Below, piece by piece: positions 1 through 9,583 of a stretch of 22,705 bases of DNA. The DNA lies in the NCBI GenBank assembly GCA_040260805.1, contig JBDQPD010000054.1, forward strand, positions 1 to 22,705, in the 5' to 3' direction. The notes under the pieces were generated by a model. It did not search any database. It was given only the letters and a program-made list of their open reading frames with translations, and had not been told where the DNA came from. The translations under genes were made by a program, and so were the position numbers. The stretch's first letter is position 1; each line of letters opens with the position of its first letter. The stretch comes from Myxococcota bacterium (GTDB lineage: Bacteria > Myxococcota > UBA4151).

Positions 1-1493
<1,493 letters not shown>

Positions 1494-1497
<4 letters not shown>

Positions 1498-1565
1498 GTG
1501 AAGCGCGCGTATGGGATCGTCTCGCCGTCCCGAGGGCGGAACAGGGTCTTTTGGGCTGCTGTTAA
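1494..1565 (+). pseudogene. Probable truncated gene start (23 aa, MSEARVWDRLAVPRAEQGLLGCC) coupled to the RND gene
   Basis: ATGA start/stop overlap with the RND stop (1494-1497) and GAGGAGG just upstream. The frame stops inside the first TGTTAAC repeat. Confidence 0.4.
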
Positions 1566-2029
1566 CTTCAGCGCCCCCTCAACCCGCGCCTGAGCCGAAA
1601 GCTGTTAACTGCGCTCTCGGTTCTCTCCCGAGAGCGTGACCCGAAGATCACTGGGAGAGCGCTTCTCGCCCTCGAATCCAGCCTCGGGTGTTCTCTGGCC
1701 TGTGCGGACGGCGCCTCGACGATCACGGATCGATCCCCAGAATCCCTTGTAGAAACGGGGCGTACGGACGTTTTGTGATGAGGGGCTGCGCGTAGGAGGC
1801 TGTTAAAGAGAAACCCCCAGGCTTTCGCCTGGGGGTTCCAAATGGCTCCCCAAATGAGCGGTCTTACGAACACGTTCTCAAGAGAATCTCGGCGGACTCG
1901 AAACGTGTTCTCTTGCGTAAGTGTATGTTCTTGCCCTGCTTTTCGGTGATGTTATTCGGACGGCTTCAAAATGGGGTCTCCATTCCGAAGTGGTGGCGGC
2001 TGAAGTTAACACCCCCCTGTTAACTTCAG
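1560..2029. repeat. TGTTAACTTCAG 12-mer, three exact copies (1560-1571 +, 2000-2011 -, 2018-2029 +), plus partial copies at 1602 and 1800
   Basis: Read directly from the sequence. The 2000-2029 pair is a perfect inverted repeat around CCCCCC. Confidence 0.85.
1802..1837 (-). terminator. Intrinsic terminator-like hairpin downstream (minus strand) of a degenerate tRNA 3'-end fragment
   Basis: Perfect 11-bp stem AACCCCCAGGC/GCCTGGGGGTT (1812-1837). On the minus strand it has a GAAA loop and a T-rich tail. Confidence 0.65.
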
Positions 2030-2144
2030 TCGAGCGTCTCTCCCCAGTGGGCGGTCGTCAGAGCACTGGGAGAGCAGAATTCTCGTTCGACCCGGCGGGA
2101 GGTGGCGTTCTCTTGCGGAGAAGGCTGCGCCCCAAGCCTGCGCC

Positions 2145-2157
2145 CAAGCCATTGATT
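2145..2157 (-). promoter_or_regulatory. Candidate IHF binding site
   Basis: Minus strand AATCAATGGCTTG matches WATCAANNNNTTR exactly, about 70 bp from the tRNA 3' end. Confidence 0.45.
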
Positions 2158-2190
2158 CCGCAGCTTTAGGGAGACTAGTCGAGCCCCGTT

Positions 2191-2223
2191 AAACGAAAAA
2201 GCCCCGCCAACCGGCGAGGCTTT
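2191..2223 (-). terminator. Rho-independent terminator of tRNA-Asn
   Basis: Minus strand GCCTCGCC-GGTT-GGCGGGGC followed by TTTTTCGTTT, directly after the tRNA CCA. Confidence 0.8.
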
Positions 2224-2227
2224 CATC

Positions 2228-2304
2228 TGGCTGCCCAGCAGGGACTCGAACCCCGGACCTAGTGATTAACAGTCACCCGCTCTAACCAACTGAGCTACTG
2301 GGCA
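2228..2304 (-). tRNA. tRNA-Asn (anticodon GTT), CCA encoded
   Basis: Reverse complement TGCCCAGTAGCTCAGTTGGTTAGAGCGGGTGACTGTTAATCACTAGGTCCGGGGTTCGAGTCCCTGCTGGGCAGCCA. It has a 7-bp acceptor stem, D-arm, anticodon loop CTGTTAA and TTCGAGT T-loop. Confidence 0.97.
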
Positions 2305-2316
2305 TCAGCGACGCCT

Positions 2317-2345
2317 CGGTTAGAATCGGAGTTCGTGCTCGTCAA
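2317..2345 (-). promoter_or_regulatory. Putative sigma70 promoter for tRNA-Asn
   Basis: TTGACG-N17-TAACCG on the minus strand, ending 12 nt before the tRNA 5' end. Confidence 0.45.
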
Positions 2346-3313
2346 GCCCGAAAACGCCGGAGCATCAAGCCAATCGAGTCGCGCGTCTGGCGCAGAGGTC
2401 GGCGGCTCGCCAAAATCAGCAAGCTCAAGCCGCTGTAACGCACCAACAACTGCTCTCGTTTTTGCATCGAGGTCGTGCCCTGTAAGCGGGTGAAAATCTG
2501 CTCGGGCAGGCGGTGCGCCCAGCGCCGCAGGCTAAAGCGCCGTCGCATGCGTTGGCGCTCACCCTCGCTCAAGCGCGCTAAAAGCAGCTCAAGCTCCCAC
2601 AGGCGCCGCAAGCGATTAGCGGGCGCCTCGATCAAGGCCTCGATCAAGGCCATGCCGTAGTCGTCTTCGGGGGGCAGCACCCACACCCCAGCGTCGTTAC
2701 GGATGCGTCGCTGCATCAACACCTCAAACTGGTCGCCGCCCTCCGAATGAAAGGGGCTGATGCCCAGATGAAAGTCTAAGGCGAGCACTGCGCTTGGGCG
2801 CCAATTAAAATGACGCGTGCTGCGATTTTTCTCGCCGCGCTGCACGTCGCGCTCAAAGTCGGGCAAGGCGGACAGCGCCGCTTCGATCTGCGGCCAATCG
2901 CTCGGCAGGACGTAAAGATCGATGTCGCCGCAATTTCGATCTGGGATGAGCGGGTCGGCGAGCCGCGCTGCGCCTCGGGTTACAAACCAGGGCACCTCAA
3001 GCCCATCAAGAATCTGTGTCAGCTCTTTGAGGTGCAGCTCAAAGATCAGGTTCTGCGCTCGGACCTGCTGCAAGCGCTCACGCCAGCGCGCAGGCAAGGG
3101 CTCCCCTCGCGCCGCGGCCAAACTAGCGATGGGCGAAGCCACCTGATGAACCAGGGCGAGGTCGTAGAGCGCATCGTGCTGATCAAGGGGGCTTGCGCCG
3201 GCGCGAAGAGCTTCGAGCAAGCGACGCCGCTTACCGCTCAGGCGCTTGGGTACCCACTGAATCTTCACCGTGTGCGGCCCTCGTCGGTTAAGAATGACAA
3301 GCGCTGAACGCAA
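2342..3313 (-). CDS. Nucleotidyltransferase family protein (NTP_transf_5-like); start uncertain
   Basis: FVTRGAARL...R(NCG)DIDLYV motif, downstream LDFH strand and C-terminal helical RLWELELL segment. Confidence 0.65.
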   Translation of the reverse strand: MRSALVILNRRGPHTVKIQWVPKRLSGKRRRLLEALRAGASPLDQHDALYDLALVHQVASPIASLAAARGEPLPARWRERLQQVRAQNLIFELHLKELTQILDGLEVPWFVTRGAARLADPLIPDRNCGDIDLYVLPSDWPQIEAALSALPDFERDVQRGEKNRSTRHFNWRPSAVLALDFHLGISPFHSEGGDQFEVLMQRRIRNDAGVWVLPPEDDYGMALIEALIEAPANRLRRLWELELLLARLSEGERQRMRRRFSLRRWAHRLPEQIFTRLQGTTSMQKREQLLVRYSGLSLLILASRRPLRQTRDSIGLMLRRFRA

Positions 3314-3333
3314 GCAAGCTGCGATCGATCCAT

Positions 3334-3756
3334 TTAGGCTTCAGGGACGTATTGCCGAACTGTGATTCCGACCTCTTTGAGCAAATCAAGCCCCGAGGTG
3401 TTTCGGTACTGCTCGCAATAGACAACCTCTGAGATACCGCCATTGATGATCGCTTTAGCGCAATCACGGCATGGGCTCAGCGTCACGTACATGATCTTAC
3501 GGTTCGGGTTGTTGTAATCGAGCTTGATCATCGCGTTGATCTCGGCGTGAATCATCCCCGACGCGCCCGGAGTTGTCGATTCCACCTCGTTGGGGCCACC
3601 CGCGTAGTTGCCGTTGTAACCGATCGCTAAGACCTGCGTGTTTTTGTCGGTCACGATCACCGCGCCGACTTGAAACCTCGGGTCATAAGACCGCTTGGCG
3701 ATCAGATGGGCAAAATCCATCCAGATCAGATCCCACTCTGGGCGTTCCCTCGACAT
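3334..3756 (-). CDS. dCMP deaminase / ComEB-like zinc-dependent deaminase
   Basis: RPEWD...VGAVIV...GYNG...HAEINA...TLSPCRDCAKAII. ATG at 3756 is preceded by an AAAGGAGA RBS. Confidence 0.9.
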   Translation of the reverse strand: MSRERPEWDLIWMDFAHLIAKRSYDPRFQVGAVIVTDKNTQVLAIGYNGNYAGGPNEVESTTPGASGMIHAEINAMIKLDYNNPNRKIMYVTLSPCRDCAKAIINGGISEVVYCEQYRNTSGLDLLKEVGITVRQYVPEA

Positions 3757-3923
3757 GAACACGTCTCCTTTGAGCGGGAGAGGCTCCAGCCCGCACCTGC
3801 TTGTGTGACGCAAGCTCGAACAGAAGAAAAGAGGCGCAATAAGAAAGGATCATCGGTATTTGAGCTTGGAGCGCGTGACGCGCGGGGACTCACTAGGCTA
3901 GACGCAGATACTAGGAGTCTAGA

Positions 3924-4301
3924 ATGAACAACCAAGGCCTGCAGATCATTGTCAACTCGCGCTATCTGCCCGAGCATTCGAGTCCTCCGGAAAAACGTTG
4001 GTTTTTCGCCTATCGAGTGCGCATCTTAAATGAAGGTCCGATGGCAGCTCAGGTGCAAAGGCGCCACTGGATCATCACCGACGGGCACGGCGAGACCGAA
4101 GAGATCGAAGGGGCCGGCATCATCGGCGCTACCCCGTGGCTCCCGCCGACCTCAGCCTTTGAGTACACCAGCTATTGCCCCTTGAGTACGCCATCCGGCG
4201 CAATGCACGGCAGCTTGCTTTGCACGCGTGACGACGGCACCGAATTCTCGATTGAGATCCCGCCCTTTGATCTGCTCAGCGAGCACGTTTTACTCAACTA
4301 G
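3924..4301 (+). CDS. apaG: ApaG (DUF525) protein
   Basis: YLPEHS...FAYRVRI.N...RHWIITDG...EGAGIIG..P...FEYTSYCPL.TPSG.M.G. AGGAG RBS. Confidence 0.92.
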   Translation: MNNQGLQIIVNSRYLPEHSSPPEKRWFFAYRVRILNEGPMAAQVQRRHWIITDGHGETEEIEGAGIIGATPWLPPTSAFEYTSYCPLSTPSGAMHGSLLCTRDDGTEFSIEIPPFDLLSEHVLLN

Positions 4302-4311
4302 GAACACGGTT

Positions 4312-4689
4312 TTGGCTAAAGGCTTGCAAAAGCATCGTGCGCGGCTCGATGCGATCAATCTGATGGGTAAAGATCTGGCTCGACGAGCCGGACGAGCATG
4401 CGAGCTTTGCGAAGAGCGCAACGACTGCCGAGCCTATGATCTAGAGCCCGAGAAAACACCTGAGATGGACCACCTGATTCTGCTCTGCAGCGGCTGCCGA
4501 GAATTAATGGACCGCCCAGGGCAAAGACCCGCTGATCACATGCGCTTTGTCGCCAATCAGTGCTGGTCGGATGTTGTGCCGGTCCAAACCGCCGTTCGTC
4601 GTCTGCTTGAGCCTTTATCCGAAGATTGGGCGCGTGAAGCGCTGGACAACCTCGCGATGATCCAAAGCAGCCAAGAAGCTGAGGCCTAG
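4312..4689 (+). CDS. PhnA-like zinc-ribbon protein (TTG start proposed)
   Basis: MAKGLQKH...GKDLARRAGRACELCE...LLCSGC...W; two CxxC pairs. Starts 10 nt after the apaG stop. Confidence 0.65.
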   Translation: MAKGLQKHRARLDAINLMGKDLARRAGRACELCEERNDCRAYDLEPEKTPEMDHLILLCSGCRELMDRPGQRPADHMRFVANQCWSDVVPVQTAVRRLLEPLSEDWAREALDNLAMIQSSQEAEA

Positions 4690-4692
4690 CGG

Positions 4693-5757
4693 CTACTCAA
4701 TCCACTGATAGTCGGCGTCAAGCCGATCGAGGCGCTGGCGCACGAGCGTGCGAGCATGATCGCCTTGCTCAATGGTCACGAATCGCCGCTGAGCCTGCAC
4801 CGCGACGGCTGCGGTGGTTCCCGAGCCAGCGAAGGGGTCGAGCACCCAATCTCCTGGCTTGGTGGCGAGCTCAACGCAGCGCCGCATCAGTTTTTCAGGC
4901 TTTTTCGAGTGACGAAACCGCACCCCGCCCTCTTTGTTGAGGTTAATGGTGCTCAAGTCGGTCCACAGATCGCCCAAGGGTTCCTCGAGGTGATCGGCTA
5001 AAAAGAGCATCTGCTTATCATCCCAAGCGATGTACTCGATGCCCTCTGGCGACACCACCTGACGAATCCCTGAACCCTCGGTGGCGGCGATCAGCGCATT
5101 GTTGGTGCGGTACACCATCCGCTTGGCGTGCTCGATTTTGAGCGCAACCAAAGCAGCCGCAGCGCCCTTCGCATCGGCGTCCCAGCCCCACTCTCGAGCG
5201 GCGACCTGGCGAACGGGCTCTAAGCGCCAATCGCTGACCGGATCCTCTAGGTTGAGGACCACCTGGCTGTAATATCGACAATAAGCGCTGAGCTTTGAAA
5301 CCCCTTTGCGCACCTTGAGATTTCGGAGGCGCGAGTCGTCCCCGACCCCAAGGATCAAGAGATGCTCTTTGAGTTTAGGCAAGCGGTCTTGAGCATGCGC
5401 CATCTTCACGCCGCTGAGCTCACTCATCTTAACCACCACATGATTGAGGATGCGCCGGTTTTGCTCGTGTACAACGGCTAAAACAGTGCCCAGCTCTTTG
5501 TCATCGATTTGAACCATGACGATTCCATCGGCTGCCATCAATGGCCACAAGGCCGCCAAACGATCAGCAAAAAACGCTCGCCACTGTGCGCTGGGCATGC
5601 GGTCATCATAAGCGTCTGCTTTACGCGTCCCTGTGTTGTACGGAGGGTCCAAATAGGCGAGCGCAAAACGCTGACGATACTCAGCCTTTAGAGCCTGCAG
5701 AACGGGGAGATTGTCTGCATGAATCAGTAGGTTTTGTTCTGGAGGAGGCAGCAACAT
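4693..5757 (-). CDS. Site-specific DNA methyltransferase (N6A/N4C, beta class, type III Mod-like)
   Basis: LIHADNL, YLDPPYNTG, VQIDDKE, KKPEKL, VLDPFAGSGTT. Catalytic motif precedes the SAM-binding motif. Confidence 0.92.
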   Translation of the reverse strand: MLLPPPEQNLLIHADNLPVLQALKAEYRQRFALAYLDPPYNTGTRKADAYDDRMPSAQWRAFFADRLAALWPLMAADGIVMVQIDDKELGTVLAVVHEQNRRILNHVVVKMSELSGVKMAHAQDRLPKLKEHLLILGVGDDSRLRNLKVRKGVSKLSAYCRYYSQVVLNLEDPVSDWRLEPVRQVAAREWGWDADAKGAAAALVALKIEHAKRMVYRTNNALIAATEGSGIRQVVSPEGIEYIAWDDKQMLFLADHLEEPLGDLWTDLSTINLNKEGGVRFRHSKKPEKLMRRCVELATKPGDWVLDPFAGSGTTAAVAVQAQRRFVTIEQGDHARTLVRQRLDRLDADYQWIE

Positions 5758-5964
5758 AAGTGGCTTCTAACTGCTTTGCGTTGGGCTCGACCAGAGCTTT
5801 CAAATCGCTGCCGGCAAACGGCATCTTATCCACCGTTTCTGTGCAGGGTTTCAGGTTTACCTGGCGCGACAGGGGCGCTGAGCACTGGAGCGATAAAATC
5901 TCGGATTGCTTTTAGAGGTCGCGCAGGCTTTATCAGCCCTCGAACGCTCGAAAAGGAAGACCAG

Positions 5965-6744
5965 ATGGCAGCCGTTGACCACCGAGTTAAAGTCACGCTC
6001 GTTGAGCATTACACCGATTCGCTCTTTCGATTTCGAGTCGAACGTCCAGAGTATCTGAAGTTTCGCGCCGGGCAGTTTGTGATGATCGGACTCGAAGTGG
6101 ATGGAAAGCCCATCATGCGAGCTTACTCGATCACCAGCCCTGAATGGGACGAAGAGCTGGAGTTCTACTCGATCAAGGTACCCAACGGTCCGCTGACCTC
6201 GAGACTGCAACACATCAAGGTGGGCGACGAGATCCTGCTCAGCGGCAGAGCCGTCGGCAATTTACTCCCCTTCTCTTTGCTGCAAGGACAGCGCCTTTGG
6301 CTCTTGTCCACAGGAACAGGGGTGGCTCCCTTTGCCTCGATCCTGCGCGATGAAGGGACCTACCAGAAGTTCGAAGAGGTCTACCTGACCCACACCTGTC
6401 GCCAGGCCGAAGAGCTCCAGTACAGCAAGCAGCTTGTGGACTGGGTCTACAACGACCCGCTCTGCGATGAGCTCGCCCAAAAGCAATTCCGATACTACAG
6501 CAGCGTCACCCGGGATCCGGATTATCCTCGTCAAGGCAGGATCACCGACCTGATCCGCTCCGGAAAACTTTTTGACGACTTGGGCGTCCCGGCGGGGCTT
6601 GATCCCGAACGAGACCGGGTCATGCTTTGTGGCTCCATGGAGTTCAACACCGAGCTGCGAGATATGCTCGAAGAGGCTGGGTTTAAACAAACCAGCGGCC
6701 GCACCGTCGGTGAGTTTTTGCTTGAAAAGGCCTTCGTGGGCTAA
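5965..6744 (+). CDS. fpr: Ferredoxin/flavodoxin-NADP(+) reductase, bacterial type
   Basis: RAYSI, GPLTSRL, STGTGVAPF, MLCGS, C-terminal EKAFVG. ATG at 5965 follows AAGGAAG. Confidence 0.93.
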   Translation: MAAVDHRVKVTLVEHYTDSLFRFRVERPEYLKFRAGQFVMIGLEVDGKPIMRAYSITSPEWDEELEFYSIKVPNGPLTSRLQHIKVGDEILLSGRAVGNLLPFSLLQGQRLWLLSTGTGVAPFASILRDEGTYQKFEEVYLTHTCRQAEELQYSKQLVDWVYNDPLCDELAQKQFRYYSSVTRDPDYPRQGRITDLIRSGKLFDDLGVPAGLDPERDRVMLCGSMEFNTELRDMLEEAGFKQTSGRTVGEFLLEKAFVG

Positions 6745-6900
6745 GCCATCATCCGGCGCACAAAAGGGCACACGCTCGAGCGCAGCGACCAGAGAACTCA
6801 GGGCGCATGCGACGGCAGCGGTTGACCAAATGCGTCAAGCTAGAGCACGACACACCGAGGATAAGGCCTTCTGCACGATGCGGGAGGGGGAGATGCGCTG

Positions 6901-7635
6901 ATGCTGAGTATGATGCTCTGTGGACTCATGATTGCGAGCACTGCGCCTGCGCAGGTAGCGGTCATTCCATTTCAGCGGACTCAAGCGCTGTCGCCAGATG
7001 ATTCGCTGCTCTTGCAAGAAGTCGTCAGCGGCTTGGTCGAAGACTCCCCGAGATTTCAGCTGGTTCCGGTCAGTTTAGAGGACCTCATGGCGGGGCGCGT
7101 CCCGCAGTTTGTGATCGCTGGGTCGCTGCGTCGGACCAACTCAGGCAACTTTGAACTTGAGCTCAACTTGCAAGTTAAGGGTCAGACCCAATCGGTCAGC
7201 GCAACGGTGCGACAAGGTCCGGATCTCCCGGCGCTTGCCACCGCCCTTGAAGACATCTTGCCCTCATTATTTGGCGAGCCCGCAGCGGCTCAAAGCGCCG
7301 CCCAAGCAGCCCCAGCTACCGCCCAAAAAACTGGTTCGAAATCGGGCTTCTTCGCGCGCCCTTGGCAGCCTTATGCAGCGGCCGGTGGTGGCGTCATGCT
7401 GGCCATTGGTGGTGCCATCAACTTCATCTCATACGGCGCGATCTCGGATCTAAAATCAGAATACAACACCCTGCACGCGATCAGCGATCCTTCAGAGGAT
7501 AACCTCAACGAAAAAGATCGCTTAAGGACAGAGCACAACACCGCAGTAGAGCGCTTCGAGAGCGTTGATTTACCGGTATCTTTAGGGTTGATCGTGTCCG
7601 GGGCGGCGCTGGCGATCGCGAGCCTAGTTCCTTAG
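6901..7635 (+). CDS. Hypothetical exported protein with two C-terminal hydrophobic Gly-rich segments
   Basis: Signal-peptide-like N-terminus, VAVIPF-starting alpha/beta region, Ala-rich linker, two hydrophobic segments. GGAGG upstream. Confidence 0.65.
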   Translation: MLSMMLCGLMIASTAPAQVAVIPFQRTQALSPDDSLLLQEVVSGLVEDSPRFQLVPVSLEDLMAGRVPQFVIAGSLRRTNSGNFELELNLQVKGQTQSVSATVRQGPDLPALATALEDILPSLFGEPAAAQSAAQAAPATAQKTGSKSGFFARPWQPYAAAGGGVMLAIGGAINFISYGAISDLKSEYNTLHAISDPSEDNLNEKDRLRTEHNTAVERFESVDLPVSLGLIVSGAALAIASLVP

Positions 7636-9476
7636 AGCTGGATCTTGTGCCGAACGGCCGAGCCATCATGGGCGGGGTAACGCCATTTGCGAACCAGTTT
7701 GCGCAAACACTTGGTCGCCTCTGGCGGCGCGCCGCTGACGCGCACGCTAAACGGCATCCCGGTCTTGTGAACCTGTAGGCTGATCACGATCCCTTTAGCC
7801 TCGCCGCGGCAATTGGTCAGCGCTTGAAAATGCCGCATCGTCACGGCGTCTAGATCACGCTTAGCGAGCTTAGGCGCGCTCGCTGGCTTAGCAGCCACCG
7901 GCTCCTTTTGAGCGGTCACAACCACCTCTTCAACCGCGGCGGCTTTGCGGCGCTTTGGTGCGGTGATGCGCTTTCTTTTAGGAGCGACTTTCGAGGGAGC
8001 CGCTTCAACCACCGGCTCGATCGGATCGACGGGCTCAGGCTCCATTTTTGGTGGGCCGGTATCCTCCGGTTCTGGTTTCACCTCAGCGGCTTGGGCTGGG
8101 ACAGCCACTTCCGGCTCCCCTGTCGGCTCAACGACCGAACTCTTATGAGTCTCGCTCTGCGCCGCAGGCTCAGCGCGATCAAACTGAGAGATCGCAAAGC
8201 CCAAACCCAGAATCACGCTGACCACTAAGACCACGGAAAAGCTCTTATCTTTGGTCTGTACGACCGGCTGAGTCTTAAGCGCTGCGGGCCCTTGAGACAT
8301 AACTCGAGCCTGAGGGTGGGTCAGGTGGTCAGTCTCGGCGATCACCGTCGCTTCGTCCGCTTCTTCATGCTGAGCAGGCGGGCTCGGCACGGCGACAGGC
8401 GAACCCAGAAGGGTTTCGGGGCCTGCAAGCAGCGTCTCCGGTTGAGTCGGCAGGGCAGCGATCGTTGCGTCGGTCGTCTTGGGCAGCTGAGTCGACTCCG
8501 AGTCCGATGCAACCACCGACACAGCCGACGTGTTGCCGGTCTTCGGCAACTCCGAGCGCGCGGGTAAGGAGCCCACCCACGCGTCCATCGCGCTGCGCCC
8601 AAGAGAGCCGCCCATCGCATTCAGCGCATGGCGCAGAGCCGCAGCCATCGCAGCGCCTGTCGCAAATCGATCGTCACGATCCAAAGTGGTGGCTCGGTCG
8701 ACCGCAACCAGCGCCTCACGCGGTAGATCCGGACGACTTGCGACCAGAGGCGGAACTTTTGCCTCGGTGACCTCGCGCAGCAGCTGCACCATCGAATCAC
8801 CGCGAAAAACCCGTTTACCGATCAAGGCTTCATGAAGAACCAAGCCCAGCGCGTACAAGTCGGTGCGCCCATCGAGCGCCTCACCACGCGCCTGCTCTGG
8901 GCTAAAATAAGCGATCTTGCCTTTGATCAAGCCAGCCTGTGTTTCGTGCAGGTTGCTCTCGGCGCTTGCGATGCCAAAATCGAGCAGTTTTGCGGTTCCG
9001 GTCCCCCGCTCGATCAAGATGTTTTGTGGGCTCACGTCGCGATGAACAATGCGCAAAGGCTGACCCGACTGATCGCGCAGCGAATGCGCATAATCGAGGG
9101 CTTCAGCGATCTGCATAATCACTTCAATGGCCAAGGCGTCCGGTATGCGGTTGCCTGACTTCGAGCCTCGGCGAAGCAGATCAGCAAATTCCCAGCCCTC
9201 GATGTACTCAAGCGCCATGAACAAGGTGCCGTCTTCATCGCCAAAGTCCTCGACTCGGACGATGTTCGGGTGGCGAAGCATCGCCGCTAAACGCGCCTCA
9301 TCCTCAAATCGAGCGACGAAGTCTTCTTGCGCATTGAGATGGTTGTGGATCCGCTTGATCACGCAGCGACGACGAAAGCCGCGAGGTCCCATCTGGTCGG
9401 CGAGCCAGACCTCGGCCATGCCACCCGCGCCCAGACGGTCCATCAATTGGTAGCGGCCCATTGTCGAATCACTCAT
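7632..9476 (-). CDS. Membrane-anchored Hanks-type Ser/Thr protein kinase, myxobacterial type
   Basis: LGAGGMAEV, VIKRI, HPNIV, HRDVSPQNIL, DFGIA, GKIAYFSPEQ, DLYALG. One TM segment, a Pro/Glu/Lys-rich stalk and a small C-terminal domain with two Cys. Start could be 9524, 9476 or 9461. Confidence 0.93.
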   Translation of the reverse strand: MSDSTMGRYQLMDRLGAGGMAEVWLADQMGPRGFRRRCVIKRIHNHLNAQEDFVARFEDEARLAAMLRHPNIVRVEDFGDEDGTLFMALEYIEGWEFADLLRRGSKSGNRIPDALAIEVIMQIAEALDYAHSLRDQSGQPLRIVHRDVSPQNILIERGTGTAKLLDFGIASAESNLHETQAGLIKGKIAYFSPEQARGEALDGRTDLYALGLVLHEALIGKRVFRGDSMVQLLREVTEAKVPPLVASRPDLPREALVAVDRATTLDRDDRFATGAAMAAALRHALNAMGGSLGRSAMDAWVGSLPARSELPKTGNTSAVSVVASDSESTQLPKTTDATIAALPTQPETLLAGPETLLGSPVAVPSPPAQHEEADEATVIAETDHLTHPQARVMSQGPAALKTQPVVQTKDKSFSVVLVVSVILGLGFAISQFDRAEPAAQSETHKSSVVEPTGEPEVAVPAQAAEVKPEPEDTGPPKMEPEPVDPIEPVVEAAPSKVAPKRKRITAPKRRKAAAVEEVVVTAQKEPVAAKPASAPKLAKRDLDAVTMRHFQALTNCRGEAKGIVISLQVHKTGMPFSVRVSGAPPEATKCLRKLVRKWRYPAHDGSAVRHKIQL

Positions 9477-9583
9477 GACCACGCGCTTAGTAAGCGAGGC
9501 ATGGTGCGTCAAATTACCGTGCATGCTGACTTGCCCAAGGAGGCGCCTAAAATGTACCCCATCGCTTGACGAGGAGGTCCTTG

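Larger units (their letters stand above)
1559..2237. mobile_element. Tandem att-like element ends abutting tRNA-Asn (unit A ~1559-1852, unit B ~1998-2237)
   Basis: Ungapped 59-bp direct repeat 1602-1660 vs 2017-2075 (42/59 identical by hand). Each unit ends in GTTAAA, then a hairpin, then TGGCT(C/G)CCCA. IHF-consensus match at 2145-2157. No integrase in the window. Confidence 0.6.

Noticed and set aside
1559..1860. T-box riboswitch (AAC specifier plus TGGC complementary to the tRNA end)
   Set aside because: No T-box consensus, the hairpin lies before rather than after TGGC, and no plus-strand gene follows.
1559..2075. Possible CRISPR array from the recurring GTTAAC repeats
   Set aside because: Repeats are short, irregularly spaced and in mixed orientation, and there are no cas genes.
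1568..2226. Short ORFs 1568-1873 (-), 1921-2169 (+) and 2026-2226 (-)
   Set aside because: No motifs or convincing RBS. They run through hairpins and repeats better explained as non-coding sites, and none resembles an integrase fragment.
3334..3756. Anti-phage dCTP deaminase
   Set aside because: Described defence enzymes are larger and have an added kinase-like domain. This is a 140-aa stand-alone deaminase.
5734..5964. 77-aa N-terminal extension of Fpr in the ORF track
   Set aside because: It overlaps the divergent MTase start, and homology and the RBS both point to ATG 5965.
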